From the NCBI GenBank assembly GCA_013239625.1, contig MU057355.1, positions 4,909,550-4,973,549 of the forward strand: a DNA stretch of 64,000 bases, given 5' to 3'. Below, one piece after another: positions 1 through 11,250 of this stretch (positions are counted from its first letter, which is position 1; each line of letters begins with the position of its first letter). A program made the translations under genes and the position numbers. The notes beneath the pieces were generated by a model. It saw nothing but the letters and a program-made list of their open reading frames with translations. It had not been told where the DNA came from and did not search any database. Source of the stretch: Lama guanicoe (lineage: Eukaryota).

Positions 1-519
1 TACCTCTGCTTTCAATTTGAGAACTCCCCTTCCCCAAATTCCTCACAAATTGGAAGGGGCCATCCCACCCTGCAGCTGCAGTAGACGTCTAGGATCCAAA
101 TCTCAGGCCAACTGGCCCATTCCATTTCCCTGGTTCCAGTGGTTAGTTCAAGCTTAGCCACTTGACCCAAGACAAGCCAATTAGATATGAGTCCACGATT
201 TGGGGAAAACTGTTGGAAATAGAGATTCTTTTCTCACTGAAATACCTTAGAATATAGGACTAATTTAGATCTGTTGACAACCATTTGGTCGGGACAAAAG
301 GTACGATTGAATAAAAATGGAGCTAATGGAGGGGAAAGCAGAGCCTAGCAGTGAAGAATGCAATATTCCTAACCAAATTATTCAATTGTCTGGATCCAGC
401 TCATCTGAAGGCTGTACCAACTTGAACTAAGTTAAATGAGCCAGTGAATTCCTGCTTTTGCTTAAGCAAGTTTGAGTTATGTTTCTGTTACTTGAAAACT
501 AAAAATTCTTAACTGATAC
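1..519 (+). mobile_element. Old MaLR LTR (MLT1J/K/L-like), partial
   Basis: Typical 3' end ttgcttaagc..gtttgagtt..gtttctgttacttg..aact..ttaactgataca. Confidence 0.7.
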
Positions 520-1309
520 AAGGAGTCAATATAGTCTTGAGATACATAAACTTAAAGTTGAGGTCTTTAGAAATGATTAGACACAAAGGAATTGACTTGC
601 ATTTACCAAACTTAAGAGACTGATGTATGAAACAGAAAATTAATTGAATAGACCTTTGCAACTCTCTAAGATATTCATGTCTTCTACCTAGGGCATCCAT
701 TTCTCAGAATTATGTCACCTGAAAAGCCAAAGTCAGCAAACAAAAGATTGCCTCAAGATTAGGGATCAGAACAAAGGAAGACGGTTAACTTAAACGTATT
801 TTATCCAGACTAGATGAAGATTTATGACCCACATTTCCGCCCAAGAGAACACCTGAATTTGAACCTACTAGATTCAGGACATTTCTTCTCTGGGCAGCAT
901 TAGCCAGTCCTCAGACCTCCTTTTTATGTTTCAGATTGACTACCCCTCTTCCGTTCACAAAAACCTAATCAATTATTTTGACTCTTTCCTTTCTCTAAAC
1001 ATTCAATTAGATTCCATTTTCTAAATTGCAATCACATTCTCTTTCTGCCTTCACAAATCTATGTCCCGATCACCTTGGCTGAAATTGTTTTCACACTTTC
1101 CAGGCACACGTCTATAAGACATTTCTTGGTTTGCACTTACAGGTCTCTAATTTCACCCATTAATGGTGATGTTTAGTAGTTTAGTCCACGGGGACAACAA
1201 GAGGAAGGGTACCTCACTGTCACTGCAAATACTGCCAAAAGGGGAAAGCTAATTAGGACTTGAGCGTTTGTTGTACATTTGGGTTGTGAACTTTCCAAGT
1301 ACCTGAGCC

Positions 1310-1480
1310 CTAATTTTTTTTAATTGAAGTAAAATTCATAATAGTGAAATATACAGATCCTAGGCATATAATCCTAAGCAAAATAATGCATTTTGACAAA
1401 TATATACACTCATGTAGCCAACACCTGAATCATCATACAGAACATTTCCTTAACCCCAAGATGTTCACAGGGTCTCATTT
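1310..1480 (-). mobile_element. Old L1 (L1ME-like) 3' fragment
   Basis: polyT plus aattgaagtaaaattcata...ttttgacaaatatatacac..tgtagcc..cc...atacagaacatttcc. Confidence 0.6.
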
Positions 1481-1676
1481 TAATATCCAAAATTTCACAG
1501 AATCCAAATAATATTAGTTGAACTCTCAGTATCCATTGATTTAGAAAATACATGTGGATAGAAAATACTAATTCAGTAATGTTTTCACACAATTATTTGT
1601 TTTAATAATCATAGTGCATGGAAATAATTGAGTAATAAAAAACTCAAAACATGTATTTGAGATATTACTTATTTGG

Positions 1677-2010
1677 TGTTATGGACTGAATATTCTGAAT
1701 ATTTCATGTTCCCCAAAATTCCTAACCCCTTATGTTATGGTATTAGGAGGTGAGGCCTTTGGGAGGGTAGAACCCTCACAAATGGGATTAATGTCCTTAT
1801 GAACATTAGAGAGCTCTCTCTGCTCTCTGCCTTGTGAGAATACCACAAGAAGTCGGCTGACTGCCACATGTCAGAGAGCTCTCACCAGGACTCGATAATA
1901 CTGGCACCCTCACCTCCTGCCTGCAGAACAGGGGAAATGAATTTCTGTTGTTCATAAGCCACCCCGTCTATGGTGCTTGATTATATAGCAGCTTGAATTG
2001 ACTTAAGGCA
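1677..2010 (+). mobile_element. MaLR LTR (MLT1A/MST-like)
   Basis: tgttatggactgaat...gtattaggaggtgaggcctttgggagg...aagccacccc gtctatggtgctt..ttatatagcagc. Confidence 0.8.
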
Positions 2011-2239
2011 TTTAGTGAATAGATATTTCTTAGTGTCCATGAAGACTCAAATGCCTTTAGAAATAACCTTCCAAACAACTCCCGAGGGGTTTGCATCTCA
2101 CAGATTAACAGCTCCTGTTTTAGCTGATCCAAATGCATATGACCAGGAGCATCTAGTTGAAAGCTGAAATGTACACAGCAGAATACAAAAGGGCTCCTAA
2201 TATTATCATGACCGCTTGGGTTCCTCAGTGGGGTAAACG

Positions 2240-2410
2240 TCAAGAGCATGAATGCTAAGATCCATCTCTGCTATTTATTAATTAGGTAAATATAGTCAAG
2301 AGATTAATCCTTTTAAAATCCTAGTTATTTTCTTTTGTTAGACTGAAATGACTTTACAGGATTTTTATAAGGATTAAATGAGATAATTGGGTGAAAATCT
2401 TGAAAACTGT
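2240..2410 (+). mobile_element. MIR SINE
   Basis: ggattaaatgagataat 3' motif and degenerate core. Confidence 0.55.
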
Positions 2411-3899
2411 AGTTTTCATTCTTTGATTGCTACTCATTAGTAAATATAATATTTGAAAGGATATATTTTATTGAAGTATTGTACACCTGGTTCTTTCACC
2501 TGACAAGTCATATGCTGATTTATGTGGATAGAGTTCCTTAACGTAGTACAAAATGTTCTTGCTGTTCAAGAAAGGTAAATGGAGTTTAATCCCAATCCAG
2601 AAATCTCAGCTTGATCACATGCAACTTTCAGAATATCAGAAAAATAGTCTTAGAACTGGACTGTGTGTTCCACGGATATGAATCTGAATTATACAAATTA
2701 GAAAAAAAAGAGATTAAAGTGTAAGTGATGTACTCAAGTCGACAGAAACCATTGCAGTAGGATGAGGGCTCAAATTCCATTCTCTCAACTTCAGTGCTTT
2801 TTACTGCTCCTTGTTAAGAAATAAATTACTTGAGGGCATATGGTTTACTAAAGCATTTTTCACTCTGTCACCAAACACACAAAAACTAAAACTTCCCCTT
2901 TGATATGTGGAATCATATTCCTACTTAAGAAAATATATGTGTGTAAAATCACCTTTCTAACAGTTTCCACTCTCCTGGTAGTTCTGTCTGAGGAGTATTT
3001 TAATTGCCCCAGAGACTAAAACATTCATTCTCCCTGCATCTCTGTAATTCACTTGCAGGATAGAATTTTTCCAGGGTTGACTGGGCACCTAAGAGTCTTA
3101 AGAGTGCATCGCAACTTCGTAAGCTCTTCCATCACCATTCTCTACCTGTGAATGCACCTTGTAGAGTTACAGCTATGCTCCACCTCTGATGTCCAGTGGT
3201 TTAGTAACCACCTAACACACCATGGCATCCACAGGGGAAATACTATAAACTGAATGGTTTTAGAGTAATGAGAGCTGAGAACAGATGAAGCAGCATGCCC
3301 AGTTAAGTCGTGTGTTTTTCATTGATACTCTAGGGAGCAAGAAATTTGGCTTTCTCTGTTTTCCAATTCACAGAGGTAGAAATGAGATGGGGCAGAAACA
3401 GAAGTCAACCTTATATTTCCAATATTTGATTCCTCTTTGGTCCCAAGGCTTGAAGAGCAGGCAGCAGAGTTGGTATTTAAGCTGAGATGGAAATGAACAA
3501 TGCTGCCAAGTTGGCCCCGTTGTCATCTGATGCTCTATAATACTTGTCAAAATGTCACTGTAAAGTCCTGATGACTCTTAGGTGAGGCAAATATACTTTA
3601 CATTAATCCTGAAAAGCCAAATAATATTACAAGTTAACTTGGAAGAGACTATGTTGGGCAAACTCTACTACCAGAAGGACAATCAATAGCTGCAACCTCA
3701 GTGTCACTATTTGGAACTACTTACAATAATTAATAATAAAACTTACCAGACCTTAAGATTAATACAGTATATTTTACCCATGCTCTCAATATGGCTGCAG
3801 ATTACATCTATTGAAGTCTACAAATTGCAAATTTAATGAACCCTTAGGTGAGAGATTGTTTCATGTACCCTCTAAGCAAATTCTGTCTAATAAAAATAG

Positions 3900-4110
3900 C
3901 TTCCATTTGTTGAGCACCTGTTGGTCAGACAAAAAATGTAGCATGTGTAGTTCATTATTCATGAGACTTCTGCAAGGGTGGTATTATCAGTAGCATAAAG
4001 CTGAGGAAACTGAGGCTTAGGGAAGCTAAGTAAAATTGCACACAATTACTAAGCTGATAAATGATGGACCAAGGATAGAACCCAGGTGTGGCTCATCCCA
4101 AACCCCATCT
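3900..4110 (-). mobile_element. MIR SINE
   Basis: tgaggaaactgaggcttaggga..taagtaa..ttgc core. Confidence 0.7.
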
Positions 4111-4239
4111 TTCAAACATGGGCAATAACATTTGGGCATAATGGTTCTATACGATTCACTCATCTTTCAAAGGCCATCTCAAGTCCCGCCATTTCCATGG
4201 AGCCATCTTTAAGTGTTCTCTGCTGTTTCCTATAAAAAC

Positions 4240-4460
4240 CACAGGTCTCAGTCAGAGTCAGATAGACCTGGTTTGAGTACCCCGCTCTGCCATTTATTGA
4301 CCATTTGGCCCTGGGTGACTCATTTAACCTCACTAAACCTTAATTTCCTTACTTGTAAAATTAGGATAATAATACTACACTATGGGACTTTTCAGAGGAT
4401 AAAGGGAAATGCCTGAGAAGCATACATGTAGTATCTGGTACCTGTTAGTGGCTCATTATT
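4240..4460 (+). mobile_element. MIR SINE
   Basis: ctctgccattt...tttaacctc...tttcctt.cttgtaaaatt.ggataataata. Confidence 0.75.
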
Positions 4461-4680
4461 TTTGAGGATTTTCTCTGTACCAGACACTGTGGTAAGAGCT
4501 TTCCACTGATTATTTCACTTCATCCTCACAACCACCCTATGGTGTAGTTACTAACACTATTCCCATTTTTAGATGAGGCAATGAGGCTTTACAACATTGG
4601 ATGTTTGGACCAATGTCACACCACTAGTAAGTGGCAGAGCCAGCGAGCAGTCTGACTCCAGAACCCTCAGTCCTCACCGC
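4461..4680 (-). mobile_element. MIR SINE
   Basis: atcctcacaaccaccctat...cccattttt agatgagg...ctagtaagtggcagagcc. Confidence 0.75.
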
Positions 4681-4681
4681 T

Positions 4682-4920
4682 ACAGGGGATTCTTGAGACC
4701 CATGAGAGAGACATGAGATCAATTTAGTGGCTTATGATCAGCATCTTTTAATGAAATAAAAGAGAAAGCATAAAATGGATTAGAATAGAAATATTAGTAT
4801 GTCCCATACAGTAAAGTTACTGTGAAGTAATTTTCTGTGAAAATTTTGTTTTAGTGGAATGTGCATGTATACTGAGTGTTGCTATAGAGTGTATTTTTTA
4901 CTGTAGGTTATGAAGATTTT
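4682..4920. mobile_element. hAT-Charlie-type non-autonomous DNA transposon remnant
   Basis: atcaatttagtgg..atgatcagcat...tagaatagaaa...gtattttttactgt.ggt resembles old Charlie-family MITEs; subfamily uncertain. Confidence 0.45.
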
Positions 4921-5149
4921 TTACATACATGGCATTATATTCTCTCTAAATAATAAGCACTCAGGAGAGGATCATTCTCTTTCCCTTCCCTGTAATACAT
5001 CGCACTGCTTTATCCTGAAGCGCAAGGATGATGTCATTGTTGCTGTTGCTGTTGCTTTTAGTTTCACCTGGTCACACGTCATTGATAACTACTTACTGAT
5101 CCATGCTAATATTCAGTCACCATGACTCTAACTTGAGCTATTTCATTAA

Positions 5150-5460
5150 TTTATTTTTTCGCTTATTTAACAAATATTTATTAAGTGCTCACTATGTTCG
5201 CATATTATAGGAGGGACAGGAGATTCAGTGGTGAACAAAAGACACCGTTTCTGCCCTCACTACAACCTGGTGGGGAGACCAGACATAAAACACACAATAA
5301 CAACTAAAGCAGGAAGTTTTCAATTAGCATATGTGAAGGATTCTGTTTATAACCTAGGACGTACAGTATAAGTAAAAAGACACTACAGTCAAGTGTACCA
5401 AAAAAACCCAAACAGTTGCATTAGTTCAGGAGTAACCCAGAAAGCTTCATGGAGGGAAAA
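5150..5460 (-). mobile_element. L2 3' fragment
   Basis: atttaacaaatatttattaagtgctcactatg...gtgaacaaaagac..ctgccctca. Confidence 0.7.
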
Positions 5461-6526
5461 AAAATCATTTAAACTTTAAAAAGTTTATGAAGACTTTACC
5501 CTCAGATTTTGTTTTGCTCCTATGCAAATACCACTGAAGAACAATTATCTTACTTGTTTTTGTATTAAGCAGCACAAGAAGACACAAAAATCAAAAATAA
5601 GCCATGTCCAGTTAAGCTAAGCAAGACAATTTAATCTTTATCAATGGGTTGCAATATTGCTGTTCCTCTTTTCCCTCTTATTTTTTTCCCCTAGGTTGAA
5701 ATGATGTATGATGAGGGTTTCTCAAGTACAAGTGAGATTGAAGTATTTTCCTACATAATGTACTGCAGACAGATTTAGAAATGTCGGTTTTAGATGCTAT
5801 GATGCATATTCAAATTTTCCATGCAACAGATTAGACAGTAACATGACTAAGTGGAAGAGCCAGTGAACTAAAATAACTCCTGTATGTCTCATAAACTGAA
5901 ATATTAATAAAGTAGAAAATAAGAATGAGGGAAATTGAGGGATTCTCATGTCCCCTTTTTACAAGCTCATTTCTGTGGGTCCAGTTAGTGGAAAAGAACA
6001 TGGTGTGGGGGGAATAAGAATGAAAAAGAATCAGAAAAAGAGAATAGAAGCAAAATTGAAGGGTCAGCATCAAAATACCCCCTCTCTATAAAACAGTGCT
6101 TATTATAGTCTTCCCTCTTAGTAGAATCCCCAGCTGAGCTACTGAGCTACTCTGTAAAGCTGGCAACCTTTGTGTACTGCAGTGCTTCACTCACTGTTTA
6201 TTGCCAGTTGGAAAGAAAGCTTCAGTTTGCATTTCAGTCTGAGGTGACTTTTCCATGCCATCCAAGAGTCAAGCTTTTCAGGAGAACTTCTGGGTCTCTA
6301 CTTCTCACCATTTTGTGGGGAACCTTATCAGGGCTGTGACTGCCTTGTCCCTAGGAGTCAGCTGGTGAGCTAGAGGAAAAGTCCTGTTCCATGCTGAGAG
6401 GGTTCATAATGGAGTAAGGCTGCAGCAGTCCTGACACGGCAGACTGTAGATGTTTTGGAGTTGGAAGGTGGAAAAAAACAATGCAAAGAGAATGGTAAAT
6501 TCCATCAGAGGCTGAAGGACAACCTT

Positions 6527-6870
6527 GCATTAATCAGGTTTCTTTATGATCTCACTGACAATATCCTAACTCAAACATGTAAGCGACAAAGGAAACTTGA
6601 TTGGCTCACATAACCCAAAAGTCAAAATCAGGAATACTTGGATCAGATGTTCAAATGTTGTTTTTGGACTCTTTCTCCACTTGTTGGCCAAGTGTCCCAT
6701 GTGTTGTTTTATTCTTGGTCAGGCTCTCCCCAGTGATGGCAAAAATGACCACAGGCAAGCAGCACTAAGCTGACCTCTTCCCCGCTTCAAACCTTTATCT
6801 AGAGGAATTCACCTCTTAGTAATTCTAACAGCAGTTTTGAGACTAAGTCTGAGCCGTGTGCCAGCAATGG
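6527..6870 (-). mobile_element. Old MaLR LTR (MLT1K/L-like)
   Basis: ttaatcaggtt...taactcaaac...aaaggaa.ttgattggctcacataac...aggctctcccc..tgatggcaaaaatg. Confidence 0.55.
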
Positions 6871-8739
6871 GTGTGGAAAATTCCCTAAAGGAAAACAAAG
6901 ATTCTGTTACCAGAGGCAGGAGAGGTCAATTTGGGGCTGTAAAAACCAACAGAACCGTGTACCTGCTATGCCCCTTGGATGATCCTTTTGATCATCAATT
7001 AGAGGCAGAAATTTCACAGTCAGGGATAACCTGTGTTCTCCCTTTGGTACATTGCCTCGTAATCTGTGATTTTTCCTCAGGAAAATGTCAAAGACATTCT
7101 GATATACTAGGGTACCTGAGTGCTGTGCCATTTTGAAGTTTAGACAGAATACTAGTAGAAATGACAAGTTCTTTCTGTGAGTTTGCTGACACAGGGTACT
7201 TTAACACCCGTGCTAAATCAAGCAGCAGGCTCCCATATCTCCAAGGTAAAGCAAGGATATGTCAGCCAATTTCCTGTCAGGAATTGATAGCTTTGGGTAG
7301 GGGCCCCCTGCTCTTCTTTCTTGTGGACATGCCTTCATATTTCTGACCTCTTTCATGCTTCTTCCCATTTTACTGTTCACGTGGGAACCAACACTATTTA
7401 GATTAGTGATCCCCAACTATTTTAAAAATGAGAATTCCTTTCGAATATAAGAGTTCATAAATGTCTTATGACAGTAGTTGGATCTCTTGCCTATATTAAT
7501 ATATAGACTAAAAACATATAATATAAAATAAATACTAAAATTAATATTATTAAAATAAGTTGTATCATATTGGTTACAACACTTGAAATGTAAATAGTAT
7601 ATGCATGTGTAAGATGTAATCTTTATTCAGTCTACATAGGGATGAGTAGATCTCTTACAATAATTCCATACACCCCTTCTTTAATAGGGTCAAGAAACTG
7701 AGGACATGACTTAGAGTGATTCTTTTTATAGCTCAGGTGTTTGTTTTAACTGTAAAAGCCCAGGCCTCCAAATGTATGGTAAGAGTCCTACATCCAGCCT
7801 CCCCTGTCCCCTATCCCTCTGTTTCCATTTCCTTTAAATAACTAGCTCAAACTCTAATTTCAGTCAGGAGAGAACCAATCAGCCGCCCAGAAAATTGACC
7901 TGAGATTCACTACCAAGATGGTGAGTTAACACCAATTCCAGACAGTGAAAATGAAAGTGACTAACTCAACGCATGTATTCCTTGTGGAAGGCATCTACTG
8001 AAAAAGAAAAATAGAAAGCATTGGGTTAAGACTTAGCTTTCAAAGAATAATGAGGAATCTCATCAGAAGCATAGCATTTCACTTTCAGTCAGGATACCAA
8101 GCTAGTACAGAAACATCTATCCCAAAAAAGAAATTTGTTCAAAAAGTAGAAATTTAATGTGAAGATAATTTTTGAGTTGCATTCTTGACAGCAGAGCCTA
8201 CAGACAACTGCTTTTGGAGTTTCTTACATGCACTCTGGGTACCATTCATCACTGTCATGCTCTGATGAGCTCCTAATCTTCCTTCTAAATCCTTCCTCCA
8301 GCCTCACAGATGAGGCCAGTGGAGATGAGTGAATTACTCAGAGGGAACACACTCAAGATTGTAATCCTGAGCCACAGAATCCTCTGATCTTTTAGGAGGA
8401 AAACAGTAAACAGTAAAAATAAATGAATAAAAAAAAGTTAAAATAATAACAGAAACTTAAGTTTTAAGTTGCTCTCCCAAATCCCAAGCATTGATAACTG
8501 AGAAGTTCCAGTACTAATTTGTAGACAACTGTCCAACGTTTGATAAGAGGTATGCTAATGCAGATCTGAGTCCAAAATGGTACATTCAGCTAAAAAATTG
8601 TATAAAAGGGTAAAAAATTTCAAGGATGGAGTAAAATTGTATTTCTTATATACAAACCAGTGTCATTGTGTTTAAATGATCGCTTTATTGTCAGTATAAC
8701 CTCAGCCAGTGGAGGATGCTGATCCCTGAAGTTATGAAT

Positions 8740-8960
8740 GGTAAGAACAGGGGCTTTAGAAGGAGACTGAGGACCAGAAATCCTAGTTCTGCCATTAACC
8801 AGCTATGTAACCTTGGGCAAGTCACTCACTTTCCTCTCTAAACTACAGTTGCCTTATTTTTAAGTGCTATTACAAATTTGCAAAATTTTATTACATGATG
8901 TAAAAACACTTAGAACAATGAGTGAAACATGTTAACTACTAACAAATGTTGGCTTTTATT
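8740..8960 (+). mobile_element. MIR SINE immediately upstream of the EBLN
   Basis: aaatcctagttctgccattaaccagctatgtaaccttgggcaagtcact...gtaaaaacacttagaacaatg. Confidence 0.8.
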
Positions 8961-9021
8961 TTCAATTGTATTCGGGACAAGATATCTTACCTGTAACCTG
9001 AGCAGTAATTTGACATTCCTG

Positions 9022-10400
9022 GTCCCACCCCAGCTAATAAGAGAACGTTGTCTTTACCTGCTCAGATTCTCCCCTTGCCCTTGCTTTATGCTGTAAGAGA
9101 ATTTTTCCAAAGTACTACTGTCGACTGAAATAAATGTGCAGCCTAAAAGTTGAGAGTTATGTATTATTTGGCAGGAGGACTCAAGCCATGATGATAGCAT
9201 CTCAGATCACTCTGAGGGACTGCTCTGAAGAGGTAGGGGAGGAGCTAGGATATATAGGAGCTTTACAGCGAAGACCAGGTAGTTGGAACAATAAAAGATT
9301 GCTTGTTATTTAAAGAAAACCAGGCACCTCAAATTAAAGAATTTAGTGCTTTTCTGTGTATGGGAGGAAGCAAACATTTGGGCTCATTGAATTCATTTCT
9401 TTGACAAGCACCTAGCTATCTAGGGCCAGTATCCTGTCCTTTCTTATTCTGAGTCCTCTCAGAATGCACCATTGTGAGTGGCTGCAGAGGGTGGGCTGCA
9501 GGGGCTGGGCTGCAGGCTTTTCTTCACTGGGGGGTGGCAGCAGCTGACGATGACTTGATGGTTTCAGCAGTCTTTGTTTACTGATGTGGTTTGCAGTATT
9601 TTTCGTTCACACTGCCCTTTCTGTAAGAATAGGCAGAGCCACATTAAACAAAAGATAGGGGAATAAATCCAGACAGGCTGAGTAGACTTGCAAAATGAAG
9701 ACTGAAGGGGTGGGACAGGGGATGTGCAGTCCATGTGTTACGTGAGGTAAGTGTATAGGGGAGTCTCTGCAATAGATTTGGAGTCTGCAAAACTGAGAAG
9801 GAAGCAAAGGGAGTTTTGAAAGGTGTTTTATTGTGGATTATAAATTGAATCTACTTTCATGATCTTTAAGAGATGAAACTAACAATTAGCTTTGAGTTGT
9901 AATTACTTTGGTTTCTGGACCATTCTTTTTAATGAAGCATCATGTGGAGATGAGGCCACACGGGGCCCCAGTTTGTACTTGGTTTATGTCCTGAATGGTC
10001 AAGTGGCGCTTCTGTAACAGTGCTGTGACAGGCTTGCCCTGACATGATTGCTCCTCCTCATGACTTCTGGATTTATTGGGGGAACTGCACCTTAAACTTA
10101 CGCAAATGAGCCTTCTACCTTCACCAACAAGCTCTTTTCCACCAGGAACTCCCCATAGAATAGCATTGCCTTCATCCAAGGAGTGAACAGTTGTCGATGG
10201 TACAGTTGTAGACACCCAACCTTCATTGCCACGACCCCAGATCCCAAACCTAGCCTCAGCCATGTTGGAGAAAGTAACTAGAGAAGGCAGAACAGTACAA
10301 CCATACCTTGATGACTCCTTCTATGACAGTGAAGTGTTCAAATAATCACTGGCATCATAATTTTGAGTGAACTTCCAAAAGATGCAGTCGAGATTTCTTT
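9022..10400 (+). pseudogene. Endogenous bornavirus-like nucleoprotein element (EBLN), near full-length N, decayed with frameshifts, stops and deletions; interrupted by solo LTR 9119-9611
   Basis: Colinear motifs vs Borna disease virus N (recalled): EFFQST 9099-9116 (KFLQYT); RIG 9626-9634 (GIG); VT*G 9737-9748 (VTRG); FWTILFNEASCGDEAT 9913-9960 (FKTMMAALNRPSHGETAT); LNGQ-W 9991-10006 (INGQPW); DMIAPPHDF 10041-10067 (DFESPGKEF); YA/QM 10099-10108 (YAQM); RHPTFI 10210-10227 (RHPDAI); PRS 10236-10244; PNLASAMLEKVTREGRTVQPY 10244-10306 ([21 protein letters not shown]); V...SLAS* 10334-10360 (VKETQLARY). Confidence 0.78.
9119..9611 (-). mobile_element. Solo LTR, ERV1 class, MER41-like (cetartiodactyl type)
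   Basis: TG...CA termini; 4-bp TSD ctac(9115-9118)/ctgc(9612-9615); the minus strand begins tgtgaacgaaaaatactgcaaaccacatcagtaaacaaag and ends caacttttaggctgcacatttatttcagtcgaca, as in ruminant/camelid MER41-like LTRs. Confidence 0.8.
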
Positions 10401-10951
10401 TTGGAAACACACAACAGAACTCTTTTTTAAGGATCTGTTCCAGATAATTACAGTGTTTTGCTGAGAAAAAACATCATTTGTTAGAGACCTTTGGGTACTA
10501 TCGAACACCTTAAATTCACGTAGTGACCAATATGATATACGAGTCACAGGAGGAAGAGATCACTTTCATGTGTTTCAAATATACAACTGAATAATCAGCA
10601 TAATTCAAATGTTTATAGCGTTTAAATCATTCCTGCTCTGACTCATCCTTCAAATAGCAGACTCAAGACTAGTGGTTATTACATCAGCCTCTAAATCACT
10701 CTTGTATAATCAATTAACCTCATCACATTCAGCTATTCAAACAGTTTCCACCAGTATACGATTTTAACGTCACCAATACAATTTGTTTTTAATTACCAGC
10801 CTCACTAATGGCCTTCTGAAACTAATGCTTAGGGAAGTATTGGAAAGTTTCCTGTGTTGTCTCAGAGCTGTATACGTTTTCTACCCAACAGCAAAATGAT
10901 TTGATGCTATTACATTTTAAGGCTTGGGGATTTTATCTTCCTGTATAAAAA
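10401..10951 (+). pseudogene. Tentative bornavirus phosphoprotein-like remnant (EBLP) contiguous with the EBLN
   Basis: Weak colinear motifs vs BDV P: FFKDL or FVRDL (LLKDL); SDQYDIRVTGGRD 10522-10560 (SDPDQRTGRE); TE*SA/NS/MFIA 10586-10620 (TELAENSMIEA); IQT 10735-10743 and SIR 10753-10761 (IQT...SIR); KLMLREV 10819-10839 (KLMMEKV); TAAAAA at 10946-10951, where a gene-end signal is expected. Confidence 0.35.
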
Positions 10952-11250
10952 TGTGCAAGTCAGACCACCCAAACCACCACATTCCACACAAGGAACTTCA
11001 AGTACCCACTGTATTTTCCAAACAAATCAGAAAGTCTATACAGATTCCTAACACCAAGGACTTTGTGGTGTTTGTTGTAAATAAGTCAGTGGATAATCAT
11101 AAAACATTTCTTGGCAGTAACTAAATCAAGAAGATCAGTGATGGCTGGCCTAAGCCAGCTGTAAATTTTATGGCAATTTTTTAATGAGGCAAAGGGATGG
11201 AGCTTATCAGCATTTTGTCTTTCAGGGTCAAATGAAAGAAAGCAGGAGAG
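10952..11250 (+). pseudogene. Tentative bornavirus matrix-like remnant (EBLM)
   Basis: Weak colinear motifs vs BDV M: HSTQ/ELQ 10980-11001 (HSYVELK); DFVVFVVNKSVDNHKTFL 11059-11112 (DFVGGTSRNQFLNIPFL); KKISD 11128-11142 (KKLTD); AGLS/VNFYGNFLM 11144-11187 (AGHSLVNIYFQIDDFLL). Confidence 0.35.

Noticed and set aside
9940-10660. Minus-strand frame with apparent bornavirus glycoprotein-like motifs (LN..D, YP.V, GWV...PS, CVSL), including ORF 9940-10263
   Set aside because: It overlaps antisense the much stronger N match, lacks the transmembrane segment, and is incompatible with viral gene layout. It shows how easily weak motif matches arise, which is why the P and M calls are kept low.
10330-10800. 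TGA-rich minus-strand frame suggesting a mitochondrial-code NUMT
   Set aside because: No resemblance to any mitochondrial protein or RNA gene.
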